In this document: positions 12,298 through 25,049 of the stretch, piece after piece
Position numbering within the stretch: the first letter of the stretch is position 1
Layout of the letters: each line of letters opens with the position of its first letter
DNA from: Mobula hypostoma
Lineage: Eukaryota
Reading direction: 5' to 3'
Length of the DNA stretch: 64,000 nt
NCBI RefSeq assembly: GCF_963921235.1
Contig: NC_086097.1
Span: 75,146,001-75,210,000, forward strand
Made by a program: the position numbers and the translations under genes
Notes under the pieces: model-generated
What the model saw: the letters and a program-made list of their open reading frames with translations, nothing else
What the model was told of the DNA's origin: nothing
The model's database searches: none

Positions 12298-13737
12298 TTT
12301 TTAATCTGTCCCTAGCCCAAGCAGTTGTCCCCACAAGCTTCAAGATCGCCACCATTGAGCCAGTGCCAAAGCATTCCACCACCTTGGGCCTGAATGACTT
12401 CCGTCCAGTTGCACTCACTCTCATCATTGCAAAGTGCTTTGAGAGACTGGTTCTATCACATCTGAAATCCTGTCTGCTCACTACCCTGGATCCCTATCAA
12501 TTTGCCTATCGCACCAACAGGTCAACAGAGGACGCCATCTCCCTGGCACTTCACTCTGCCCTGACCCACCTGGACAGCCCCAACTCTTATGTCAGAATGC
12601 TGTTCATTGACTTTAGTTCAGCACTCAATACTGTGATTCCCTCCAAACTTTGCAAGCTTCGTATCAGCTCATCCCTCTGCAATTGGACCTTGGACTTTCT
12701 GACTAACAGACCCCAATCAGTTAAGTTAGACAACCTCTCCTCCTCCACTCTCACCCTGAACACCGGTGTGCCTCAAGGCAGTGTGCTGAGCCCTCTTCTG
12801 TACTCCCTTTTCACCTATGACTGCATTCCTTTTCATGATTCTAACTCCATAATCAAGTTCGCAGACAACACCACGGTGGTTGGCATGATCAGAGGGGATG
12901 ATGAGACGGCCTACATGGACGAGGTCCAGCACCTGGCCACATGGTGTGCCGACAACAACCTGGCCCTTAACACCCAGAAGATCAAGGAGATCATTGTGGA
13001 CTTCAAGCATGCTAGGAGCCACACTCACGTCCCCATCTACATCAACAGAGCTGTAGTGGAGCGTGTATCAAGCTTCAAATTCCTTGGTGTCCACATTTCC
13101 GAGGATCTCACCTGGTCCCTGAACTCCTCCATGCTAATCAAAAAGTCATAACGTGCCTTTATTTCCTGCAGAGCATCAAGAAAGCTCAGCTCTGTCCCAG
13201 GATACTGATGGACTTTTACCGCTGTACCATTGAGAGCATACTCACCAACTGCATCTCAGTGTGGTATGGCAATTGTCCTGTATTGGACCGCAAAGCACTC
13301 TGGTGAAAACTGCCCAGCGGATTATCGGCACCCAATTGCTGACCATTGAGAACATCTACCATAAACGCTGCCTGGGCAGGGCAAAAAGCATTATCAAGGA
13401 TGCATCTCATCCTAACCATGGACTTTTCACTCTCCTCCCATACGGTAGGCGCTACAGGAGCCTCTGCTCTCGCACCAGCAGACACAGGAAGAGCTTCTTC
13501 CTTGAGGCTGTGACCCTGCTGAACCTCACATCACAGCGCTAAGCAGTATTGCACCCATATTGTACTGTCTCAGTACTTTTATATTTGTGTGCTGTAGCAC
13601 TTACTTTTTATTCGCAGTTATTTTGTAAATAACACTATTCTTTGCATTTCTGGTCAGATGCTAACTGCATTTCATTGGCTTTGTATCTGTACTTGGCACA
13701 ATGACAATAAAGTTGATACTAATCCAATCTAATCTAA
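12298..13737 (+). mobile_element. Rex1/Babar LINE, family D with (AATCT)n tail, 5'-truncated, fairly young
   Basis: ORF 12264-13151 has [43 protein letters not shown]; continues in 13261-13542; ends ATGACAATAAA..AATCCAATCTAATCTAA. Confidence 0.93.
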
Positions 13738-13805
13738 CCTGTAGACTAACTACGAATAGAAATAGTTACATCAACCATAAATGATGAAATTACATTAAAT
13801 GACAT

Positions 13806-15028
13806 TTCAAAGATCAAAGTAAATTTATTATCAAAGTACATATACATCACCATATACAACTCTGAGATTCATTTTCTGGTTGGAATACTCAATAAATGCA
13901 TAATAATAACCATAATAGAATGAATGAATGACCCCACCTACTTGGGTGTTCAACTAGTATGCAAGAAACAACAAACTGTGTAAATACAAAAGGAAAGAAA
14001 TAATAATAATAATAATAAATGATTAAGCAATAAATGGCAAGAACATGAGATGAAGAGTTGTTGAAAGTGAGACCATAGGTTGTGGGAATATTTCAATGCT
14101 GGGGCAAGTGAAGTTTGGTGAAGGTATCACAATTGGTTAAAGAGCATGATGGTTGAGGGGTAATAACTGTTCCTGAACCTGGTGGTGTGAATACTAAAGC
14201 TCTTGTACTGTCTTCCAAGTGGTAGCAGTGAAAAGAGAGCATGACCTGGGTGGTGAGGATTCCTGATGAGGATGCTGCTTTCCTGTGACAATGCTTTTTG
14301 TAGCTGTGCTCAGTGGTGGGTAGGGCTTTACCTGTGTTGGTCTGGGCTGTATCCACTACTTTTTGTCAGATTTTCTGTTCAAAGGCGTTGGTGTTTCCAT
14401 GTCAGGCAGTGATCCAGCTTGTTAATATACTCCCCTTCACACATCTATAGAAGTTTGTCAAAGTTTTAGATGTCATGCTGAATCTTTGCAAACTACTAAG
14501 GAAGTGGACGCGCTGCCATCCTTTCTTCGCAATTGCACTTACATGCTGAGCCCAGGACCTCTGCAGATCCTCTGCAGTGATAACACTGAAGTGTTTACAG
14601 TTGCTGACCCTTTCCACCTCTGATCCCCTGATGAGAACTGGGTTATGGATCTATGGATTCCTCCACCTCAAGTCAATAATAAGCTTCTTGTTTAGTTTTG
14701 AGGGAATGATGGTTTGGGAGGCTGAGCTGTAGTCAACAAAGGGCATCCTGATGTATGCATCTTTGCTGTTCAGATGTTCCAGGGTTGTGTGAACAGCCAA
14801 TGAAGTGGCATTTGCTGTGGACCCGTTTCGGATCTAAGTTGCTTCTCAGTGAGGATTTGTTATGTTTCATCTCAAAGCACTTCACTGCTGTGGATGTAAG
14901 TGCTACTGGATGATAATGATTGAGGCCAGCTACCACATTCTTCTTGGGCACCGGCATAATTAAAGTCTGCTTGAAGCAGGTGGGTATCTCAGACTGCTGA
15001 AGCAATAGGTTAAAGATCTTAGTGAACA
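13806..15028 (-). mobile_element. Rex1/Babar LINE, family A, decayed
   Basis: IFNLLLQQSEIPTCFKQT..HPVALTS in ORF 14733-15041; family A tail at the left end. Confidence 0.88.
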
Positions 15029-15124
15029 ATTTTATGTACAAATATGCAATTTTTATTACAATTCAAATATGATTTTTATATACAAATATGCCACATCCAT
15101 GTAGGAGCAGTTTACTGCAGCCAA

Positions 15125-15205
15125 ATAACCTATAAACAAATCTTAGGGATATTGGAGGAAAATGGAGCACGCGAGGAAACAAACATGGTCACAAAAAATG
15201 CACAC
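15125..15205 (-). mobile_element. V-SINE (HE1-like) core fragment
   Basis: GGAGGAAAATGGAGCACGCGAGGAAAC is the reverse complement of the V-domain GGTTTCCTCCGGGTGCTCCGGTTTCCTCC. Confidence 0.55.
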
Positions 15206-15234
15206 GGGGTAGATAGCAAATCCACTGGGAACCT

Positions 15235-16210
15235 TGTTCGCCTCCATAAACTCCATCAGCACAGGTGCATCACAGGGCTGTGTGCTTAGCCCCTGCTCTG
15301 CTCACTTTATACTTATGACTGTGAGGCTAAGCACAGCAACCTCTTCCTCAGTGTCAGCAAGAGCAAGGAGCTGATTATTGACTTCAGGAGCAGGAAACCA
15401 GAAGTCCTCATCAGGGGATCCGAGATGGAAAGAGTCAGCAACTTGAAATTCCTCCATGTTATCATTTCAGAGGATTTTTCCTGGACCTAGCATGTAAGTG
15501 CAATTACAAAGATGACTGCTTCTTTAGATGTTTGCGAAGATTTGGCATGACATTTGAAACTTTGCCAAACTTCTATAGATGATTGGAGGAGAGTATATTG
15601 ACTGGTTTCATTATGGCCTGGTATGGAAATACCAGTGCTCCTGAATGGAAAAATCTTACAAAAATTGTGGATATGGCCCAATCCATCATGGATAAAGCCC
15701 ATCCTACTATTGAGCACATGAACACAGAGAACTGTTGCAGGAAAGCATCATCCATCATCGGGGACTCCTACCACCCAGACCATGCTCTCTTCTCACTGCA
15801 GCCATTCAGAAAAATGTACAGGAGCCTCAGGACTCACACCACCAGGTTCAGGAATAGTTATTACCCCTCAACCATCAGGCTCTTGAACCAAAGGGGTTAA
15901 CTTCACACACCGTCATTTGCCCCATCACTGAATCGTTCCCACCAACCTATGGACTCACTTTCAAGGACTCTTCATCTCATGTTCTCAATATTTATTGTTT
16001 ATTTATTTATTACTATTATTTTGTTCTTATTTGTATTTGCACAGTTTGTTGTCTTTTGCACATTGGATGTTTGTCCTGTTGGGTGTAGTCTTTCATTGCT
16101 TCTATTGTTTTTTTGTGTATTTACTGTGAATGCACACAAGAAATTGAATATCAGGGTTGTACGTGATGACGTATGTGTACTTTGATAATAAATTTACTTT
16201 GAACTTTGAA
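15235..16210 (+). mobile_element. Rex1/Babar LINE, family A, 3' fragment
   Basis: ESILTGFIMAWYGN..RSLRTHTTRFRNSYYPSTIRLLN; family A tail at 16185-16210. Confidence 0.9.
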
Positions 16211-17174
16211 TTTATTACTCTGTGTGCTAGTGAATGTAGTTATGAATAGTATCAGCTGATGGCTCTGGTCCAATTTTCTTGCTGTATATAGTATAATCCA
16301 AAAAGAAACAAAGGTAGAAGCAAACCTCCTGCAAAATTTCCAATATTTAGTCTTTGAGGATGATTTTCTGGTTGGGCTCCTGGTAACAGTGTGCATTAGA
16401 CAATTGCATGACACACAATTTTTGAATTATAATCCAAAATCTATGCTAATCACATGTCTACAGTATGCAGCAAGACAAATATAAATTCAAAGTGTAATTC
16501 CTAAACTTTGCTATATTTTAATCAAGCTATTTTGTTTAATTTGCCACAAAATGTGTGCTAACTTCAAAGGGTATTCAGCATAAATGCCAGAATCCACTGC
16601 TTTTCACAATATGCCATTTTTATCCTCTCAGTGAATGATCCATTTTGCTACATGCACACTAAGATAGTGAACTGCCAAGACATGATTGATTTCATTGTGT
16701 ATGAATGCCAAATGAATGAAGAGATCAGCGAAGAGTTGAAATCAGATCTGTCCAACAAATATAAAAATCTGGGGTTACCAAGAAAAAGGAAAAAATGACA
16801 AAAACTGCTGGATTATTGTAAAATTGCTTCAGAGGCCACTGTGGCAACTCCTTTGACATACTGTGCGAATGACTGTGAACAAGCTCTAGACACAAACAGG
16901 GGTAGGAGGAGATGCTGCTTTATTACTTTAGCACATGCCCCATTAAAAGGCATGGCAATTTTGGATCCTGAATTTCCAGGAAACAAACTCCTGAACTTGC
17001 GCATTAGTGGAGACGGCTTTGGAATTCCAGGCAAGCCAAAGAAATGAATTTGCCTATGTTCTATAAATAACATTTGTTTCCTTTTGAGAGGTATTAGTGT
17101 TCACCATATTGTTTTTGCCATCTTGACTTGCCTGTGAATAGGAAGGCGGTTACTAATTTTCTTATGACTCAAAA

Positions 17175-17675
17175 AAGTCAAGTCAAGTCAAATTTATTTA
17201 TAAAGCACATTTAAAAAACAACCCATGTTGACCAAAGTGCTGTACAAAGGTAGCTGAAATCACAAATACAAGAAACACGGATATAAACAACAAGGCACAC
17301 CGCTTATAGGCATAAAATAAACAACACATGAGCCTAGGCACAAGCCAAAAATCAGCCACATCAGGAAGATTCAAACGCTAGTGAATAAAGGTAAGTTTTG
17401 AGCCTGGACTTAAAAGAGTCAATGGAGGGGGCTGTTCTGATAGGAAGGAGAATGCTGTTTCACAGTTGAGGGGCTACAACAGCAAAAGCGTTGACACCCC
17501 TGAGTTTAAGTTTAGATCGCAGGACAGCCAGAAGCCCCAAGTCAGCCGACCTGAGGGACCTGGAAGTACAAACGTTTGTAGAATAAGGGGTTAGAAGGTC
17601 TACGATATAGGAGGGGGCCAGCCCATTTAGAGCTTTATAAACAAACAAGAGAACCTTAAAATCAATTCTAAACAG
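17175..17675 (-). mobile_element. L2-clade LINE 3' end with (GACTT)n tail
   Basis: YKALNGLAPSYI..RSLRSADLGLLAV..RG..AFAVVAPQL is an L2 ORF2 C-terminus; AAGTC repeats at 17175-17190. Confidence 0.8.
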
Positions 17676-17916
17676 ACAATTAACATTTTGCCCAACCTAT
17701 TGCCCCATATGAGAAGCTTTCAAACAAATGGTAGAATTAATTCATTTGCTAAGGACAAGGTTAACTTCTGCTTCCCTGTGCTTGACTTTAGCCTGATGGA
17801 TTCAGTGAGAAAAGCCTTGTTTGTTTTTTGTTCACACAATTCATTTTTAAAAATTATTTTTCCACTTTAAGGAAAGACAATATGTCGTGGTAGTAAATTA
17901 TCCCTCATGTTGTTGC

Positions 17917-18478
17917 TGACACTCAGTGTAAATGGTTGACAGTTGACATGCAGGGAAAATATTATGACATCTGTCAACAAATGACATTAAAGTAACATGA
18001 TTTTTATTTCTTTTTTTTTTGTTTCTTGTGTGCACTAAAATAAAAATTATACTATTGCTTTGTTTTTGTGCACATGGGGCCAGAAAGGAATTGCTTTGAA
18101 CTGCTGTGGAATTAAGTCTATTTTTGACTGAAGAATTCCACTTTGAAATCTCAGGAGTTTTGACTATCATGCTGTCAATAAAAAAAATTGTCTGTCCCTC
18201 CCTTGACACCAAGGAACAAAAAAGGAGTGTGGCTTATAAAGCTAAAAGGTATATCATTTAAGCCGAGAAACATTTTTAGGCACAAAACTAACTAAAGAGG
18301 CTAAGTCATTGACAAAGTGTCAACATTTTAAAAAGCCAGAAATATGTGCATAAGTTTTACATTATCAAGCATGTCACGTGTCACAAGTAGACATGTTGCC
18401 AATTGAGAACCGACTGGATGATTTGATTTTCTGAACCAAAATTCCAGTTGAGGCACGCCAACATGAGGCCAAATGTCA
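17917..18478. promoter_or_regulatory. putative enhancer: TGACA/TGTCA (TALE-homeodomain-type) motif cluster
   Basis: 13 TGACA/TGTCA pentamers counted in 562 bp of non-repeat DNA; function is inferred. Confidence 0.4.
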
Positions 18479-19987
18479 AAGGAATAGTTTTGGAAGGTCT
18501 ACATTCTTGAAGAAATATATTGAGCTTCTCTCTCAGTTTTGTTTTCACCTTGCAGCATTTTTTTGATAATTTCTTTCATTCTTTCTCATAGGTACTTTCC
18601 TTTTATTTCATTTTATTATTTCTTTTGATGTCTTATCCTTTCCAGTGCATGGATGAAGGCTATTGAACTTATCAAGTCTATGCTCGCTCGATGCAATCTC
18701 ATCAGTCCCATCTATCCTTTAATTTCCCTGTAACCCATTCTCCTCAATGCCCATCACCTACACCCTGAATCTCCTACCCACTTTCAACTGGAAATCTGCA
18801 GCAGCAGCCCTAACTGCAGTGCCACAAACATAAGTGCCCTCACAAACTTCAAGCAGTTTGGCTAACTGCTCTTCTACAACTGAGTTTCTTTTTGTCCGAA
18901 TGTGCAGTTTTAATTTTTTGGGTCTGGCAAATTCAGAAAGTTTCATAGATGAATATATCCTGGATGAATAGTGCCAGGATTTATATGCATCTATAGGTTG
19001 AGAGAATTCACATATCTGTTACATGTGAAGGGCAAGAATCAATGATGCAAAAATAACCCGTGCACAAAATCAGAAGCTCTTAAAATCCCAGTCTGTTGAC
19101 ATTGCAATGTGAGCTTTAGCCAAATTGTATTTTGTCTTTTGTCTTCTATTTTGTCTTGTGCTTAAAAATATATTTTGTTCTATCTTTTTTATTTTGCTCA
19201 GGATATGTTTCTTTTTACCTCAAGAATTTTTTATTCATATTTTTCACCTCTACAATCATTGAATAATCCTTGTTCTTCATTTTGTTTTCTAAGTTTCTTT
19301 GATATTTTGTGTTTTTTTTCATAAACGAACACCCAAAGATCTTGCTTTCATTATTATCTTTCCTTTTTACCTTGTGATACTTTTTGCCAAAAGAGAAAGG
19401 AAAATACCCAATGCAAGATTGCAAGCAAGAGCCTGTTGGAAATGCCAAGTATCAAAAACAAAAATAGTGCGGAGCAAAGCCAAATTATCAAATATTATAG
19501 CAGAATGATAAATATTATCAAAACGACTGTGCATTTGAGTTCTTCTGACTTTTAGGAAGACTGTTTTGGTCTAAATAAAGATTTCGCCATGCTTGGTTTG
19601 AACATTATTGTTAATTACTAAAATAACACGTGGCAATTCTAGTTATGTACAGCAGGTTGATCAATGTCTCAAAGAGAGGAAAAAGAGTGCATGACGAAAT
19701 GCATCAGATGACTGCTGACAGCTTCGTCCAGATGATTGACTAGTTGTTCCCACCTTAGACTGCAGACCATTGATGCACTTTTAATTTTTACTTCAGATTT
19801 TAAATGCCTCTAATTTTGTCCACTTTTAAGTATTAATGGCACGGAGACAGGTGGAAGATGCAATGGAAGGTTGAACCAACATCCAGCAGTTTCTGCCCTA
19901 TTTTGCAATTTTCCTGTGGAACATAGGGCAGAAAGAAAAGAGACTTCTTAAAAGTACTTCAGTTTTAGCCAAAGTCTGCTTTGTCAA

Positions 19988-20288
19988 AATCATTAGGCTC
20001 TTGAACCAGAGGAGATAGCTTCACTCAACTTCACTTGCTCTCAACCTAAGAACTCACTTCCAAGGACTCTTCATTTCATGATCCTGATATTAACTGCTTA
20101 ATTTTTCTCTCTTTTCTGTATTGCACAGTTTGTTGTCTTTTGCATATTGGTTGTTTGCAGTCTTTCATTGATTCTGTTGTGTTTCCTAGATTTACTGTGT
20201 ATGCCCACAATAAAATGGATCTCAGAGTTATATATGGTGACATATATGTACTTAGAAAATAAATTTACTTTGAACTTTCAACTTTGAA
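19988..20288 (+). mobile_element. Rex1/Babar family A, 3' UTR only
   Basis: Matches the 3' ~300 bp of other family A copies, including the CTTTGAACTTT tail. Confidence 0.85.
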
Positions 20289-20974
20289 GACACATGTGTA
20301 GTTGTTTCTAGAGTTCACTGTGCACCTTGGCCAACTCATAAGCAAATTGTTTAGTGGCTGTATACCAGCTCAATCCAAACCTGGGTTTGGCTTAGCCTTA
20401 AAAAAGCTCTTTAAAAAACACAAATGACTGATTACAGAAGTAACAATTGCTTTGTTGTAACTTGGTTCTTACGGACAGAAATAATTCACAGTTTTTTCAG
20501 CAGAGCTATTCTGCATTTGTCTGTCTTCTCTCAGAGTGCCAATATTGGTACTATTATCTCATTGAAATGGGTACATGCCCCAGTTAATCTCACCTCCAGA
20601 ATAGAGGATGGTATACTAGGACAACTGAAGTGATGAGTGGACATCCTCCCATTCCACAGAGGCCACTGACAATTCAGACTGCTGACAACCTAAGGAATTT
20701 CAGTGTTCGTTGAAAGAGGAATAAAAAGATTGTGAAGTATTTGAAATAATCAGGGGTTTTGATATGGTCATGCATGCAACACTATTTCTATTGTTCAGTA
20801 GACCTATAAATAATATTACCAAGAGAACAAAGGGAGGTCAGAATGATACAGAGCTCTCTGGACACATATTGCCACTCCATAGCGGTAAAAGCAGAATTTC
20901 TAACATTTCAACAAAGAAGTAGACAAATAATTGAATAAAAATTAAGTATTTTGAGGGAAAGAGCAAAGTATTGG

Positions 20975-22860
20975 GACAATAGACGATAGACAATAGGTGC
21001 AGGAGTAGGCCATTCAGCCCTTCGAGACAGCACCACCATTCACTGTGATCATGGCTGATCATCCACAATCAGTATCCAGTTCCTGCCTCATCTCCATAGC
21101 CTTTGATTCCGCTATCTTTAAGAGCTCTATCCCTCTCTTTCTTGAAAGCATCCAGAGACTTGGCCTCCACAGCCTTCTGGGGCAGAGCATTCCATATATC
21201 CACCACTCTCTGGGTGAAAAACTTTTTCCTCAACTCCATTCTAAATGGCCTACCCTTTATTCCTAAACTGTGGCATCTGGTTCTGGACTCACCCATCAGC
21301 GGGAACATGCTTCCTGCCTCCAGCATGTCCAATCCCTTAGTAATCTTATATGTTTCAATAAGATCCCCTCTCAGCCTTCTAAATTCCAGAGTATACAAAC
21401 CCAGTCGCTCCAATCTTTCAACATATGACAGTCCCGCCATCCTGGGAATTAACCTTGTGAACCTATGCTGCACTCCCTCAATAGCAAGAATGTCCTTCCT
21501 CAAATTTGGAGACCAAAACTGCACACAGTACTCCAGGTGTGGTCTCACCAGGGCCCTGTACAGCTGCAGAAGGACCTCTTTGCTCTTATACTCAATTCCC
21601 CTTGTTATGAAGGCCAGCATGCCATTAGCTTTCTTCACTGCCTGCTGTACTTGCATGCTTGCTTTCAGTGACTGATGTACAAGAACACCTAGATCTCGTT
21701 GTACTTCCTCTTTTCCTAACTTGACTCCATTTAGATAATAATCTGCCTTCCTGTTCTTGCCAACAAAGTGGATAACCTCACATTTATCCACATTAAACTG
21801 CATCTGCCATGCATCTGCCCACTCACCCAGCCTGTCCAAGCCACCCTGCATTCTCATAACATCCTCCTCACATTTCACACTGCCACCCAGCTTTGAGTCA
21901 TCGGCAAATTTGCTAATGTTACTTTTAATTCCCTCATCTAAATCATTAATATATATTGTAAACAGCTGCGGTCCCAGCACTGAACCCTGCGGTACCCCAC
22001 TGGTCATCGCCTGCCATTCCGAAAGGGATCCGTTAATCGTTACTCTTTGTTTTCTGTCAGCCAGCCAATTTTCAATCCATGTCAGTACTCTGCCCCCAAT
22101 ACCATGTGCCCTAATTTTGCCCACTAATCTCCTATGTGGAACTTTATCAAAGGGTTTCTGGAAGTCCAGGTACACTACATCCACTGGCTCTCCCTTGTCC
22201 ATTTTCATAGTTACATCCTCAAAAAATTCCAGAAGATTAGTCAAGCACAATTTCCCCTTCGTAAATCCATGCTGACTCAGACCGATCCTGTTACTGCTAT
22301 CTAGATGTGTCGTAATTTCGTCTTTTATAATTGACTCCAGCATCTTTCCCACCACTGACATCAGGCTAACCAGTCTATAATTCCCTGTTTTCTCTCTTCC
22401 TCCCTTCTTGAAGAGAGGGACAACATTAGCCACCCTCCAATCCACGGAACTGATCCTGAATCTATAGTACATTGGAAAATGATTACCAATGCGTCCACGA
22501 TTTCTAAAGCCACCTCCTTAAGTACCCTGGGATGCAGACCATCGGGTCCCGGGGACTTATCAGCCTTCAGACCCAACAGTCTATCCAACACCATTTCCTG
22601 CCTGATATAAATTTCCTTCAGTTCATCCATTTCCCTAGATCCTTTGGCCACTATTATATCTGGGAGATTGTTTGTGTCTTCCCTAGTGAAGACAGATCCA
22701 AAGTACCTGTTCAACTTGTCTGCCATTTCCTTGTTCCCCATAATAGATTCACCTGTTTCTGTCTTCAAGGGCCCAATTTTGGTCTTTACTATTTTTTTCC
22801 TTTTCATATACCTAAAGAAGCTTTTACTATCCTCTATATTCTTGGCTAGTTTACCTTCGT
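20975..22860 (-). mobile_element. CR1 LINE, 5'-truncated; ORF2 RT with one frameshift near 22460
   Basis: ORFs 22361-22807 and 21069-22472: [56 protein letters not shown]; (CTATTGT)n tail. Confidence 0.95.
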
Positions 22861-23229
22861 AAAGTAAAGAACTGTGGACAGAATGGCTTCCACTGGGTTT
22901 AAAGCTTCAAATATTCATTTATTTTGTATGCCGTATACAACTCTGAGGTTCATCTTCTCCAGATAGCCATGGAACAAAGAAAGCCATGATAGTCATTCAA
23001 AGAAAAACATCAACACCCTGCACATGAAAAAAACAAATTTTACAAACGGCAACATGATTATCAATCAATCCTCCCCATTGTAAATCTTTGTGGCACAAGT
23101 TAAATTATCATTATCGGATCCTACAGAGGAAATATAAAGCATTGTTGTTTCAGTCATTGGGTCATTTTGTATTATGGATGACATGTTAGTTCTTGTCAGT
23201 GAACAATTCAGCATAATTACAGTTATGTA

Positions 23230-23550
23230 CTTTACTGGAGTACTATCCAGAGAAATTGACCATTAATCCTGAGTTGTGAGCTTAAATCTTACCATGGCAG
23301 CTAAGGATTTTGAATTCAAAAAAATACGTCAATCTAGAATAAAGTAAAAGCTGCTGTTTTATTAGAAAACCCACCTCATTCACAGCTCTGCTCCAGAGAA
23401 GGAAATCTGCCCTTCCTCTTTGATCCAGATTGTATGACCCTCAGATCCACCAATGACTAAATTGCCTTTTTTGTTTAGGGGCAAACAAAAAAAAAAGACA
23501 ATAAAAACTGACTTTATCAGCGCTATCAAAATCCTACGGATGAATAAATG
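23230..23550 (+). mobile_element. old SINE-like interspersed repeat remnant
   Basis: AAAACCCACCT..GAAGGAAATCTGCC..AGATCCAC motif series; related fragment on the - strand at 1-100 and probably at 32720-33100. Confidence 0.45.
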
Positions 23551-25049
23551 AAGGGTTTCCAGAGATTATTACTTTATAGTCAATTCCCTCAAGGCATAAT
23601 GAAAAAAATTGATTTAAATTACACAAAATTCAGGCAGTGAAGCAAGGTACAAATGATTGCACCTGTTTTATGCTTCATATTAGCGATGTCCACAATTTCT
23701 ATACATGATCCTCCATCCTTGCCTGAAAGTTTGTTATTAATTTTTTACATTTTCTTTCTCTCCGAATGTCTGGACTTTTTCCATTATTTTCTGTTTGAAA
23801 AGATGCACAGAAGACCTGGCCTTCAGTGCTATTCTAGCTAACCTAAGTAAACCTGCTCTCTGATGTTATGCTCTTTTTCACAGGAATGCAACTGTTCAGC
23901 ATACTAGCCAGATGTCTTTTACTTCAATTGCTTAAGAATGAACAGTCCATTTATGACCGAGTTCTCGCACACTTTGAAAAATGGCGCTTACTACTTCAAA
24001 CTGTAGCAAAAACATACAAATCGTGTATTCAAACCATATGAGCATATATTTTCCATACGGCCTGTGTTTTAACATTCTATTAATGTTCTCAAACTAAACA
24101 TCCAGTAAAAACTTAGGAAGGAGACAACATTGCTTGCAAGGCAGCTGTTTCAGTGAGGGCTCAGAGGAAACTGACAAACAAGCCATTTGAGCTTTATTTG
24201 TACGCTATAAATCTGTGGAACCAAACTGATTTTTCAGCTTGAAATGCATGGGTCGTCTTTTCAATGTTGTACAGTTTGTTCTGACAATTGCCTGATATTC
24301 AACCGTATTTTGGCAGTGGCCTCATAACTGACACATTTTCTAATATTGTCACATACTAAACTAACTCAAATGATACCTGAGAAGAGGTGTTAGAAATTCC
24401 CAAGGATTTTGATATATAATAGGATATAAAACTCACAAGCCAAATATTGTTTGAACAAAAAAAATGTTTCTGAGGATGTGTTTTTTTTTGTGTACTAGAA
24501 ATATACATTAGCAAATGCATACTGCTTTCTACACAAGTCAAAACATTAATGTGTGATTCATTAAGTTTTCCCCATATAAGATAATCAGGAATGAAGCACA
24601 TTAACATACAGTTATGATCTACAAACTGATCTTGACTTGTTAGGAATTAGTCAACACTGCTGACGGTGGATGTGGAGATTTATTTATGGTTGCCTTCCAG
24701 TATATCTTGCCTCAATGATTCATACATCTGTGATTAAAAATGACCATGCAGACACTTGCATTAGCCCAAGTATCTTGAGATATCATTAAGTGCCAAATTT
24801 AGTTTTGTAAAACTCTTTGTAACATCTTGCTTCATGAGAAGTAAGTTATCAATCTGAAGGAAAGAAAAAGACTTTGAAAGGAGTTCGTCTGTGGGGTAGA
24901 AAATGTGAGTATCATTTTTTTTGTTTCTTTTTCGTGATAATTCACTTCTCAGTGCTAACACATCACTGGACTATTTTAAGGCATTGAGCACAACCAAAGA
25001 GACCATACTTTAAAAGAAATTAATGGTAATAAGGAGGCATAGAGGATAG

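Noticed and set aside
12264..13151. RT ORFs as a prokaryotic retron, DGR or CRISPR-RT system
   Set aside because: Motifs, tails and TSDs identify eukaryotic non-LTR retrotransposons; there is no operon structure or repeat-spacer array anywhere in the window
16813..17073. Overlapping 86-aa and 68-aa ORFs in unique DNA
   Set aside because: No recognisable homology or exon boundaries; more likely non-coding
21103..22275. 190-aa and 172-aa plus-strand ORFs
   Set aside because: Antisense shadows of CR1 ORF2
20965..22866. AAAGTA as the TSD of the CR1 at 20975-22860
   Set aside because: Only 6 bp, AT-rich and offset from the tail by ~4 nt, so it cannot be told from chance
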